Positions 27,415 to 36,955 of a DNA stretch of 64,000 nucleotides are shown here, in pieces (the first letter of the stretch is position 1; each line of letters starts with the position of its first letter). The position numbers and the translations under genes were made by a program. Below the pieces are notes generated by a model that was not told where the DNA came from, did not search any database, and saw only the letters and a program-made list of their open reading frames with translations. The DNA is from Limisphaerales bacterium (GTDB lineage Bacteria; Verrucomicrobiota; Verrucomicrobiia; Limisphaerales; JADJPG01), in the NCBI GenBank assembly GCA_044230345.1, contig JBGARF010000017.1:24946-88945 (forward strand), read 5' to 3'.

Positions 27415-27455
27415 GGGCTTTTCGGGCGGGGCGGCGCTCAGCAGTCCGATGAAGT

Positions 27456-30400
27456 TTAGGGCAGGAGTCTCCCGCGATAGTACAACCTCGGAGACGGCGT
27501 GGATGTTGGCGCCAGGAAGGAATTGTTGCCTTCGCCCAGGACGTTCGTGCCCACGGGTTCCCACTCCAACCAGTCGGTACTGGCTTCGATTAACACGGTC
27601 GAACCCGCCGGGCCGGTGAGGTTGAAACCAAACCGATCCCCGGTGAAGCGAGCTCCGTCCAGACGGAGCGTTGGCGCCAGTGTCAGGACGGCCACCGCGC
27701 TGGTGACGCTGCCGCAGGCATTACTCACGATGCAAAAGTAGTTGCCCGCGGTGTTAGTAGTCGGCGAGGCGATCGTGAAGGTGCGGTTGGTGGCGTCATT
27801 GAAATGGATCACGCCCGCGTTGAGCTGCCTTCGCCAAAAGTACGAAGCCGTTCCCGTGCTTTCGATGGTTAGGCTTACCGGCACGCCCAGGTGGTAAAAC
27901 TGCGAGACCGGCTGGGTAATGATCGCCGGCGCTGAGGTCTCGAGGCTGAGACGCGCCACGCTGCTGGTGACGCTGCCGCAAGGGTTGGCGGCGATACAAT
28001 CGTAGACGGCGGCGTCAAGCTCGCTGACGCTGGCGAAGGTGAGTGTGCTGGTCGTGGCACCGGGAATGTCCGCGCCGTCCTTGCGCCATTGATAGCTTGG
28101 GCCGGCATTGGCGGCGGTCGTGAACGTGACCGAACCACCGAGGCAAATTTTGCGACTAACCGGTTGAGTGGTGAAGGTGGGCGGGCCGCTCCGCACCGTC
28201 AACGCGGCTGAACTGCTGACGATGCTGCCGCAGGGATTGCTGACGATGCACCGGTAGTTTGCGGCGGCCCCGGCGGCAATGTTGGGGAGCATAAGCACGG
28301 GCGTGGTTGCTCCGGCGATGTTCGCGTTGTCCTTCTGCCATTGGTAAGTCAATTCTTCGCCGCCGGCGGTGATCGTGAACACCGCCGTGTCGCCACGGCA
28401 CACGGTCAGCGCAGCTGGCGGCAGGGTGATGGCGAAGTCAGCGGAGACAAACGCTAGCGCGGCTGGGGCGCTGGTGACGCTGCCGAAGCACGGGTTGCCG
28501 AGCACACACTGGTAACTGCCCGCGTCAGCCAAGGTCGGCGCCACGAGGGTGAACGAGCTGTTCGTCTCGCCCGCGAGCGGCACGGTTCCCTTGCGCCACT
28601 GGTAGGTCGCGGCGCCGATGGCTGTGACGCTGAACGTCGCCGGCACGGCGGACGTGGCGCACAGCATCACGTCTTGCGGAGGAACGGTGACGACTGGCGA
28701 CGCGGCATACACGCGGAGCGACGCAGACGGGCTGGAGCGCACCAGGCTGCCGCCACACGGCGGAGTCACTTCGCAGGTGTAGTTTCCTTGGTCCGTTTCA
28801 TCCACGCCGGTCAGTGTAAGCGTCGAAGTTCTGGCGCCCGAAATGCCGTCGCCGTCGGTGAGGAAAGTGGAACCTTTCTTCCAGCGGTAAGAAGCTGGCT
28901 GTGGGCTGATCGCGACCACGCTGAAAGAGGCGGTTGCCCCGGCACAAACCTGCTGGGCGATCGGCGGAGTGGTGAAGGTGATCCGGCCGATGGTCAGCGG
29001 GACCGTGTCACTCACGACCACGCAGCCGGTGCCATCGGTGATCACGCAATGGAAGTCGCCTTCGTTCTGTTGATAGCTCGCCCCGCCCGTGAGTCTGAGG
29101 CTGGCGGTGTCCGCGCCGGCCACCGCGGTTCCGAACGCATTCACTCCGTTGACCAAGTTCGCGCCGTTGCGTTGCCAGCGATAGGTCAAAGGCTCGGTGC
29201 CCGTGGCCCCGACATCAAACCGTGCGGAAAAATTAACGTCCCCGCAATCGTACCAGGGGTTGGGTTGGTTCGTAATGGACGCGCCGGTCAGGGTCAGGAT
29301 CGCCGGCCTGCTGGTCACGGAACCGCAGGAGTTGTTCACGACGCAGTCGTAAAAGCCCGCGTGGCCGGTGATGACCGAGGTGAGGAATAGTGTGTTGCTC
29401 GTCGCGCCCGGGAGATTTGTCCCGTTCCACCGCCAGCGATAGGTCGGTGCCGGCGTACCGACGGCGGCGACACTAAACGTGGCGGTGCTTCCCGGGCACC
29501 GAGCCTGACTGGTGGGTTGAAGGGTGATCCATGGACAGCCGTTCACCGTCAGGGCTGCGTTGGGACTCGTCGCGGTGCCGCAGTCGTTCCACACGACGGC
29601 GTGGTAATTGTTGCCCACGTCGGCGTCATCGATCTGGGAGAGCGTCAGCGTCGCTGTGGTCGCGCCGCTGACGACCGTGCCGTTTGGATACGTGCCGTTG
29701 GTGACGAGGCTGTCGTTGCCGCGGCGCCATTCGTAGGTCAATTCGTTGCCCGTCGCGACGACGCGAAAGCTGGCCGTGCCCCCGGCGGGGACGGTGACTG
29801 GCGCGGGATTGGTGACGATGACGGGTGGAGCGGGGTTGACGGTGAGGGTGACGATGGCGGAATTCGTGGCGTTGGCACACCCGCCGTTGTCCGCGACGTT
29901 TTCCAGCGTGCAGAGGTAACGGGTGCCGTCGTTTGTCTGCAGGTCGGTGATGGTGAGCGTCGCGGAGTTTTTCCCGAACACGTTCGTGCCGGTGATGTTG
30001 ACGAAGGTGAAATCGACCGACTTTCGCCAACGGTAGGTGGTGTTCGTCGTGATGTTGGTGGCGACGACGCTGAAGGACACGGTCGATCCGAGGCAGCCGT
30101 TGGTGTCCGCCGGTTGGGTGACAATGCGGGGTGCGCCGAGCGTGAGACGCGCCGGCGCGGAGTAGGTCTCGGCACATGTGGGGTGGATGAGCTTGCAGCG
30201 GTAGAGCCCGGCGTCATTGGCGACGGTTGGCGAGAAGGCCAGCAGGTAGCTGGTCGCTCCGGGACGATCCGTCCAAGTCCCGTTCGGTGCCTGTTTTTGC
30301 CATTGATACTCGGTCTGGGTGATGACATTGAGCGAAGCGGTGTTCGTGTAGTAGCCGTAGCAGTACATGCTCGCAGGATTGCCGGCGCACGCGACCACGT

Positions 30401-31118
30401 TCTCCGGCTGCGGGTCGATGAAGGTTGGCCCATGAAAGGTCAGCGTCGCCGGGAGGCTTTCGCTCGTGGTGCCGCAGGCTGGCGTGCCCCAGCTGCAACG
30501 ATAGTCGGCGGCATCCGACAGACGGACCCCGGTGATGGTGAGCGTGGCGGACAGGCCGCTGCCGGTCGCGCCGGAGATGCGCGCGCCGTTGCTCAGCGGT
30601 TCGTTGTTCTTGGTCCAGAAATAGGTCGCGTCCGTCGCGTCGCTTACGGCGGTGGCTGTAAAAGTGACCGTCGAGCCGGCACAGGCGGTTTGTGAGAGCG
30701 GCGAGCTCTGCCGGCGCGGCCCGGCGGGCAGGACGCGGATGACGGCAAAGTCCGTGTACGTGTCGCAGCGCGGCAGCAGCGCGCGGCTGAACTCGAAGTA
30801 ATAGTTGCCCGACTCGCTTGGGCTTGCTCCGAGAATCGTGGACTGCGCCGTCGTGGTGGAGGTGTCGCTGAAATCCACGGCACTGGCCGTGCCGCCGCTG
30901 AGCGGTTGTTTCCAGAGCACCCAGGTCGCTGGCGAATCAATCGTGGCGCTGATGGTGAAACGGTTGGCACCGCCGATGTCTGAGCAGATCGTCCGATTCT
31001 GCGGCTGCTGGGTGATGTGGCATGGTCCGGAAGCGGCCGGGGCGGCGAGGGCGGAGACCAGCAGTAGCGTTGCGATTGCGACCAGGCAACTCCACGACGG
31101 GACAAGGATTCGTTTCAT
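27456..31118 (-). CDS. giant secreted protein with about 12 tandem Ig-like (I-set-like) domains
   Basis: Signal peptide MKRILVPSWSCLVAIATLLLVSALAAPA. Twelve units carry C...(Y/F)xW(R/K/Q)...GAT...L...D/AG.Y.C...N.CGS.(T/V)S. Shared C-terminal module ends RLYYRGRLLP. Confidence 0.85.
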   Translation of the reverse strand: MKRILVPSWSCLVAIATLLLVSALAAPAASGPCHITQQPQNRTICSDIGGANRFTISATIDSPATWVLWKQPLSGGTASAVDFSDTSTTTAQSTILGASPSESGNYYFEFSRALLPRCDTYTDFAVIRVLPAGPRRQSSPLSQTACAGSTVTFTATAVSDATDATYFWTKNNEPLSNGARISGATGSGLSATLTITGVRLSDAADYRCSWGTPACGTTSESLPATLTFHGPTFIDPQPENVVACAGNPASMYCYGYYTNTASLNVITQTEYQWQKQAPNGTWTDRPGATSYLLAFSPTVANDAGLYRCKLIHPTCAETYSAPARLTLGAPRIVTQPADTNGCLGSTVSFSVVATNITTNTTYRWRKSVDFTFVNITGTNVFGKNSATLTITDLQTNDGTRYLCTLENVADNGGCANATNSAIVTLTVNPAPPVIVTNPAPVTVPAGGTASFRVVATGNELTYEWRRGNDSLVTNGTYPNGTVVSGATTATLTLSQIDDADVGNNYHAVVWNDCGTATSPNAALTVNGCPWITLQPTSQARCPGSTATFSVAAVGTPAPTYRWRWNGTNLPGATSNTLFLTSVITGHAGFYDCVVNNSCGSVTSRPAILTLTGASITNQPNPWYDCGDVNFSARFDVGATGTEPLTYRWQRNGANLVNGVNAFGTAVAGADTASLRLTGGASYQQNEGDFHCVITDGTGCVVVSDTVPLTIGRITFTTPPIAQQVCAGATASFSVVAISPQPASYRWKKGSTFLTDGDGISGARTSTLTLTGVDETDQGNYTCEVTPPCGGSLVRSSPSASLRVYAASPVVTVPPQDVMLCATSAVPATFSVTAIGAATYQWRKGTVPLAGETNSSFTLVAPTLADAGSYQCVLGNPCFGSVTSAPAALAFVSADFAITLPPAALTVCRGDTAVFTITAGGEELTYQWQKDNANIAGATTPVLMLPNIAAGAAANYRCIVSNPCGSIVSSSAALTVRSGPPTFTTQPVSRKICLGGSVTFTTAANAGPSYQWRKDGADIPGATTSTLTFASVSELDAAVYDCIAANPCGSVTSSVARLSLETSAPAIITQPVSQFYHLGVPVSLTIESTGTASYFWRRQLNAGVIHFNDATNRTFTIASPTTNTAGNYFCIVSNACGSVTSAVAVLTLAPTLRLDGARFTGDRFGFNLTGPAGSTVLIEASTDWLEWEPVGTNVLGEGNNSFLAPTSTPSPRLYYRGRLLP

Positions 31119-31507
31119 GAATTTCGAACTGTATCGTGTGGTCGTCGTCCCTCGACCCGGCCGATCGGCCTCGTCGAGAAATCTGTTTCCATTGTTCCTT
31201 CTCGTAAACGCCCGCGGTCACCTGCAAGAAATGTGAAACTATTTTTCCGGAGTCGGCGGGTGGGCTCGACTACATCGTCGGCACGCTCAACTGCTCCGTT
31301 CAGGATTAACCGCAGACAACGGAGAGAACGCAGAGAAGCTTTCACGAATTCCGAACTCGTGCCCGCCTCACCCTGTCCCGCCCCCCCCCAATGCGGGGTC
31401 TGGCCTTTCCCTCTCCCTCCCGCGGCCGCGGGACGGAGAGTGTAACGCGGTCGGCGGCTTAAGGGTGAGGCTGACGAGTTTTCCGCGTCGCGAGCTTCGT
31501 CGTCGCC

Positions 31508-31535
31508 GAAATCGCAAATCAGAAATCAGAAATCG
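31508..31535. repeat. period-7 micro-array (gaaatcg/caaatca/gaaatca/gaaatcg)
   Basis: Read directly in the long non-coding region upstream of the ECF sigma gene. Confidence 0.7.
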
Positions 31536-32033
31536 AAAAAGGCCACAACTTCGCGATGCATCGACACCCGAACAGGGCTGCGTCAAGCTTGCCGCAGAAC
31601 AAGTATTGGCACTGGGTGAAAGCGGACTTTCCACGATCAACAAATTGGAGAGCGGCGATGGTCGCACGGGCCGTTCAGCCCGATAGGGCGAAAGAAAATA
31701 GCCCACCGATTTATCGGTGGGTCTGAGGCCATACATCCTCGCCAGTCCCGTCAGGGACGGAAGAAGTGCCAACCGGCAAGGGGTCTGTCGCCCCGCTGGG
31801 GCTTTGGACACATCGTGTTCCCTGCACCCAGCGCTCAAGCGCTGGGCTATTATCGAAAGTCCCTGGCGGGACAAAACCGCAGCCGTCGTCAACCGATCGC
31901 AAGCCTCAAAGCCATGACTCACCCTTTGGCCGCGCGCCTTTTCCGAGCTTGACGCACCCCTGACACCCGAACATTCGTTGAAATTGCCGATAGCTTCCGG
32001 GCGCGAAAAGGGTTATACCCTCCCGCTAATTCC

Positions 32034-32783
32034 GTGAACGTTCCGAGTCCGTCCAACTCCCTCACGCACGCGCCCGCCTGCCGCGAGGGCTTCACCGCGA
32101 CGCAGTGGACCCAGGTGTTGCTGGCCGCGAAACAGGACGGCTCGGACGATTCGCTCCGGGCGCTGGAGCGGCTCTGCACCCGCTACTGGCCGGCGCTTTA
32201 CGGGTTCCTCCGCCGCCAGGGCCGCACGCCGGCCGATGCGGAGGATTTGACGCAGGGCTTCTTCGCCCAACTGCTCGAAGAAAATGCCTTCGCCCGCGCG
32301 GATCGCGCGAAGGGCCGCTTCCGCAATTTTCTCCTCGGCGCGCTCCAGCGTTTTCTCGCGGATGAACACCGGCATGCCGCCGCGCTCAAGCGGGGCCGAG
32401 ATCAGGTGGTGCTCGCCCTGGATTTCGCCGCCGTTGAGCAGGACTATCTCGACGAAGCCGACCCCGCGCTGTCGCCGGAGGAGGTCTTTGACCGCCGTTG
32501 GGCGGCGACGGTGCTGGAGACGGCGTTCGAGCAGCTGCAGGGCGAGTTCCGCGCGGCGGGACAATTGGCGCGGTTTGATTTTCTGAAGCGATTTTTGTCC
32601 GAGGAGGCCAGCGAGTCGGATTGCGCGGCGGGCGCAACGAAGTTCGGGCTGTCGCCGAAGGCTGTCTCCTCTGCCGTGTCCCGGCTGAGGGATCGTTACC
32701 GCGAACTGGTGCGCCGGGTCGTGCTTGCCACCGTGTCGGGGCAGGAGGATATCGACGCGGAGTTTCAGGAGTTGTTTCGATGA
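32034..32783 (+). CDS. ECF-type sigma-70 family RNA polymerase sigma factor (kinase-associated, ECF43/TIGR02999-like)
   Basis: GTG start. Region 2 DAEDLTQGFFAQLL and region 4 HTH FGLSPKAVSSAVSRLRDRYRELV. Followed 107 bp downstream by a Ser/Thr kinase gene. Paralog at 60393. Confidence 0.85.
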   Translation: MNVPSPSNSLTHAPACREGFTATQWTQVLLAAKQDGSDDSLRALERLCTRYWPALYGFLRRQGRTPADAEDLTQGFFAQLLEENAFARADRAKGRFRNFLLGALQRFLADEHRHAAALKRGRDQVVLALDFAAVEQDYLDEADPALSPEEVFDRRWAATVLETAFEQLQGEFRAAGQLARFDFLKRFLSEEASESDCAAGATKFGLSPKAVSSAVSRLRDRYRELVRRVVLATVSGQEDIDAEFQELFR

Positions 32784-32889
32784 GACAAGGGGCGATAACG
32801 CGAGGTGATACGCGATGTCCAGATGAGCGGATCATGGCCCAGTTCGTCGCGAATGAAAATCCGCCGCGGCCGCAGATCAACTTCAGCCG

Positions 32890-35121
32890 ATGAGCACGTC
32901 TTCGTCCTGCCAGCAATGCGGTGCGCTTCTGCTGCAACGTGCGTTGGGCGGATTGTGTCCGCGCTGCGTGGGTCGACGGCTGCTGGTCGCGCCCACTCCC
33001 GCGCCCGCGCCTGAGCGGAGCGTGACTGTCGATGACGCCACCGGGCTGAAGCTCGGCCAATATCACCTCGATCAAAAGCTCGGCGAAGGCGGCAGTGGCA
33101 TCGTTTATTTGGCGGAGCAGGATGAACCCGTCCGTCGTCGCGTCGCGCTGAAGATTCTCAAGCCTGGCCTCGACACCCGCGACGTCGTGGCGCGGTTTGA
33201 AGCCGAACGGCAGGCGCTGGCGATGATGGATCATCCGAACATTGCCAGGGTCTTCGAAGCCGGTGCTACCGAGACGGGCCGGCCTTACTTTGTCATGGAA
33301 CTGGTGCAAGGCATCCGCCTCACCGACTACTGCGAACGGCATCAGCTCGGAATCACGGCCAGGCTCGAACTCTTCATCACCGTTTGCCAGGCCGTGCAGC
33401 ACGCCCACCAAAAAGGCGTCATTCACCGCGACCTAAAACCCTCCAACATTTTGGTCGCGACACACGATGGCGTCCCGGTGCCAAAGGTGATCGACTTTGG
33501 CATTGCCAAGGCGATCGAGCAGCGCCTGACCGAGGCCACGTTAGTGACGGAACAGCATCAGCTCCTCGGCACTCCGGCCTACATGAGTCCGGAGCAGCTC
33601 CAGTGCGGAGGGCGGGACTTGGACACGCGCAGCGACATCTACAGCCTGGGCGTTGTCCTCTATGAACTGCTCGTGGGCCGGAGACCATTCGATCCGGGTG
33701 CTCTCGGTGCAGGCGGTCCGGACGAACTGCGGAGGATGATTCGCGAAGTGGTGCCCGTGCGCCCTTCGAAGGAAGTCGAGCGCTCGCGAAAGTTGAACGC
33801 GAACCTGCCGGCTCGCGCCGCCATTCCGGCGGAAGTCGATTGGATCGTGATGAAGTGTCTGGAGAAAGACCGGACTCGCCGCTACGAAACGGCCAATGCG
33901 CTCGCGCAAGATGTTCGCCGTCATCTGGCCGATGAGCCGGTCGCCGCCGCCGCCCCGACGTTTGGCTATCAATTCGGAAAGTTCGCCCGGCGAAACAAGG
34001 CCGCGCTCGTCGCGGGCGCGCTGCTTCTCACGGTGCTCGTGGTCGCCACCGGGGTCAGCCTGCGGCAGGCCGCGCGCGCCTCTTCGGCCGAACGTCTGGC
34101 CCGTCAGCAAGTCGTTGAATCCGAGAAAGCCCGCGAAGAGGCCGAGAGTGTGGCCAAGTTTTTGACTGGGATTCTGCAAAGTCCCGATCCGTCCCACGCG
34201 GGGCGCGCCGTCACTGTCGTCGAGATGCTCGACCGCACCGCCCAAAAGATTAAGTCCGAGCCCGGTCTCTCCGCAGCGCGACGCGCCAAACTGGAAGCCA
34301 CGCTGGGCGCCACCTATCGAGGATTGGGCCACTTTCAGGAAGCGATCCCGCTTTTGGAAAGGGTTCTCGAGTATCACCGCACGGCCGATGGGGCCGAGTA
34401 CCCCGGCACCCTTGATGCCATGCGGGATCTGGCGGTCGCCTATCACGACGCCACTCGCCATCGCGACGCACTGAACCTTTGTCAGCAAATCGCCGATGCC
34501 CGCCAGCGGCTCAACGGCCCGGAGCATCCACTCACTCTGCTTGCCCTCAGTCATCTTGCCTGGTCCCGCCACGCCAATCGTGAGATCACGCAGGCGATTC
34601 GGCTGGAGGAAGAGGTCCTGACGGTCAGCCGTCGAGTGAACGGTCCTGAGCACGACGATACCGTCCAGGCCATGAGTTACCTCGGGTGGTTCTACAGCAC
34701 GGCCAAACGCGACAAGGACGCCCTTCCGTTGCAAGCCCGGACCCTCGTCCTGATCCGCCAGCGTCTGGGTCCCGAACATCCCGATACGCTCAATGCCATG
34801 ACTGCTCTTGCTGTGTCCCAAGATCGGACGGGCCACTCCGATGAAGCGGTTCAGCTCCTTCACCAAACGATCGCCCTCAGCCAAAAGGTCAAAGGAACCA
34901 CCCATCCGGAGACACTCTGGGCGATGGCAACGTTGGCGGATGCCCATCGCTTGAACGGTCGCTGGGATGAGGCGCTGCGAGCCTACGAAGAAATCCTAAC
35001 GCTGAGTCGACAGGCGAACGGCGATGATCACGGCCGTACCCGTTGGGCGAAAGGAATGCTAGCCGAGGTTCGTGCGAAAGCCGGCCGCACCCAATCGCCG
35101 ACGCCGACGACTGAAGACTGA
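32890..35121 (+). CDS. Ser/Thr protein kinase with N-terminal zinc ribbon, one TM helix and C-terminal TPR repeats
   Basis: CQQCG...CPRC. Kinase motifs LGEGGSGIVY, ALKILK, HRDLKPSNILV, DFGIAK, YMSPEQ. TM helix ALVAGALLLTVLVVATGV. Repeated TPR-like units (LAVAY.., LAWSR.., LGWFY.., LAVSQ.., LADAH..). Confidence 0.9.
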   Translation: MSTSSSCQQCGALLLQRALGGLCPRCVGRRLLVAPTPAPAPERSVTVDDATGLKLGQYHLDQKLGEGGSGIVYLAEQDEPVRRRVALKILKPGLDTRDVVARFEAERQALAMMDHPNIARVFEAGATETGRPYFVMELVQGIRLTDYCERHQLGITARLELFITVCQAVQHAHQKGVIHRDLKPSNILVATHDGVPVPKVIDFGIAKAIEQRLTEATLVTEQHQLLGTPAYMSPEQLQCGGRDLDTRSDIYSLGVVLYELLVGRRPFDPGALGAGGPDELRRMIREVVPVRPSKEVERSRKLNANLPARAAIPAEVDWIVMKCLEKDRTRRYETANALAQDVRRHLADEPVAAAAPTFGYQFGKFARRNKAALVAGALLLTVLVVATGVSLRQAARASSAERLARQQVVESEKAREEAESVAKFLTGILQSPDPSHAGRAVTVVEMLDRTAQKIKSEPGLSAARRAKLEATLGATYRGLGHFQEAIPLLERVLEYHRTADGAEYPGTLDAMRDLAVAYHDATRHRDALNLCQQIADARQRLNGPEHPLTLLALSHLAWSRHANREITQAIRLEEEVLTVSRRVNGPEHDDTVQAMSYLGWFYSTAKRDKDALPLQARTLVLIRQRLGPEHPDTLNAMTALAVSQDRTGHSDEAVQLLHQTIALSQKVKGTTHPETLWAMATLADAHRLNGRWDEALRAYEEILTLSRQANGDDHGRTRWAKGMLAEVRAKAGRTQSPTPTTED

Positions 35122-35136
35122 GGACTGTGGACTGGA
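35109..35136. repeat. period-7 micro-array (gactgaa/gactgag/gactgtg/gactgga)
   Basis: Four units. The kinase TGA stop (35119..35121) lies inside unit 2. Confidence 0.75.
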
Positions 35137-35205
35137 AAGTTGCGGGACAGGCTGGTTCCCGATTGCTTCGTCCGTGGCGCCTGCCTAGCGTTCGCGCCGG
35201 AACAG

Positions 35206-36939
35206 ATGACCATCAATCCGGAGAGAATTCGATCTGGGGCCGCGGCGGTGGCGGGAGTGGTGCTGGCGGCGGCATTCCCCAAGATCGGCGTGGCCGGGTT
35301 GGCTTGGGTGGCGCCGGGCCTGATCCTGGCGACCGCGATGGGCACGGCTGGCCGGCAGGCATTTCGGCTCGGGTATGTGGCGGGCTTCATGCATTACCTG
35401 GTCTCGTTGTCGTGGTTGTTGCACATCCCGGTTTTCAAGCTGGCTCCCATCGCGGGTTGGCTGGCCTTGAGTGGATTTCTCGCGCTGTATCCGGCGGCCT
35501 GGGTGTGGCTGTGCTGGCGGGTGTTTCCGGCGCGGTTGGAAGGAGGCGATGGGGGCGTGAACGTGGTGGGGAAGGGGAACGGAGACGGCCCTGAGGCCAG
35601 GCGGGAGACCGGTTGGGCAGGAGTGCTCGACCGGTTTTTGACCGTGGATTGGACACGGCGGTTGATCTGGGCGCTGACGTGCGCCGCTTTTTGGGTGGCT
35701 TGGGAGATGATGCAGGCGCGCTTTTTGTCCGGCTTTCCGTGGAACCTGCTGGGGTCATCGCAATTTCGGATGACACCCATGCTGCAGATCGCCGCGTTCA
35801 CCGGCATCTACGGAGTGTCCTTTCTGGCCGTTTGGTTTTCGGTGTCGTTGCTGATGGCAGCGGCGGTGGTATTGCGGCGGTCGCAGACTCCGCGCCGTTG
35901 GATGGCTGAAGTGCTGGTGCCGATCCTGGTGCTGGTGGCGGTGGCAGCGCACGGGTATCAGGCGGTGTTGGCGGGGGCGGGGGTGAAGTCGGGGCGCACC
36001 GTGCGGTTGGCTCTGGTCCAGCCGAGCATTCCGCAGCGATGGATTTGGAACCGGGAGGACAGTTCCAACCGATTCAACCAATTGCTGCAATTGAGTCAGT
36101 CGGCGATGAGCCAGCGTCCGGATATGGTGGTCTGGCCGGAAGCAGCCGTGCCGGGCTTTGTGCGTTGGGACACGAACACGCACGACGCTGTGGTTCGGTT
36201 TGTGCAAACGAACCGTGTCTGGCTGGTGCTCGGGGCGGACGACGCTTCGCCGCGCGCGCCGTTCTCGGAGGAGTACGATGTCTTCAATGCCAGCTTTCTG
36301 GTGAGCCCGGCGGGAGAATTTGTGAACCGGTATGCAAAGCAGCGGCTGGTGATGTTCGGTGAGTTTTTGCCCTTTGTCCGGTGGCTGCCGTTTCTTGAGC
36401 GGTGGACCGGGATGGGGAGCTTCACTCCGGGAAATGGTCCAGTGCCGTTTGTGATCCCCAGCGGGACGAGTTGTCCGCCGCTGAAGACATCCGTTTTGAT
36501 CTGTTTTGAAGACGTCTTTCCGCACGGCGCGCGGGAGTTTGTCGACGAGGATACGGACTTCCTTTTGAACCTGACGAACAACGGCTGGTTTGGGGAAAGC
36601 GCGGCGCAATGGCAGCATGCTGCGGCGGCAGTTTTTCGCGCCGTCGAGAATGGCTTGCCCTTGGTGAGGTGCGCGAACAACGGGCTGACCTGCTGGGTGG
36701 ACTCCGTGGGGCGAATGCATGAGGTGTTTTTCTCGGGCACAAACGATGTTTACACGCGCGGGGTCAAGCTGGCGGAAGTGCCGGTGTTGGACGGGGCGAA
36801 GCGGGTGCCGACATTTTACGCCCGACATGGCGATGTCTTTGGCTGGGCTTGCGTGGCAGTGGCGGGATTCGGGGTGTGGCGCGCTTGGTGGGGCGCGCGT
36901 CGGCAAAAAACCGCTTGCAGCGATCAGAGTGGTTGCTAG
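35206..36939 (+). CDS. lnt: apolipoprotein N-acyltransferase
   Basis: N-terminal polytopic membrane region plus a C-terminal CN-hydrolase domain (VVWPE, LICFEDVF catalytic Cys, TNNGWFG). Start taken at M23 of the track ORF; 35140 is also possible. Confidence 0.85.
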   Translation: MTINPERIRSGAAAVAGVVLAAAFPKIGVAGLAWVAPGLILATAMGTAGRQAFRLGYVAGFMHYLVSLSWLLHIPVFKLAPIAGWLALSGFLALYPAAWVWLCWRVFPARLEGGDGGVNVVGKGNGDGPEARRETGWAGVLDRFLTVDWTRRLIWALTCAAFWVAWEMMQARFLSGFPWNLLGSSQFRMTPMLQIAAFTGIYGVSFLAVWFSVSLLMAAAVVLRRSQTPRRWMAEVLVPILVLVAVAAHGYQAVLAGAGVKSGRTVRLALVQPSIPQRWIWNREDSSNRFNQLLQLSQSAMSQRPDMVVWPEAAVPGFVRWDTNTHDAVVRFVQTNRVWLVLGADDASPRAPFSEEYDVFNASFLVSPAGEFVNRYAKQRLVMFGEFLPFVRWLPFLERWTGMGSFTPGNGPVPFVIPSGTSCPPLKTSVLICFEDVFPHGAREFVDEDTDFLLNLTNNGWFGESAAQWQHAAAAVFRAVENGLPLVRCANNGLTCWVDSVGRMHEVFFSGTNDVYTRGVKLAEVPVLDGAKRVPTFYARHGDVFGWACVAVAGFGVWRAWWGARRQKTACSDQSGC

Positions 36940-36955
36940 ATTGCGCCCTCATTTT

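Noticed and set aside
27415-27564. N-terminal 50 codons of track ORF 27208..27564
   Set aside because: This part overlaps the 3' end of the Ig-giant gene in another frame. Only the portion from the internal ATG at 27414 is plausible as coding.
31368-31922. 184-aa minus-strand ORF, and 31233..31445 on the plus strand, in the long intergenic region
   Set aside because: Both run through hairpin/REP-like repeats and the heptamer array. The translations are repeat-derived low complexity.
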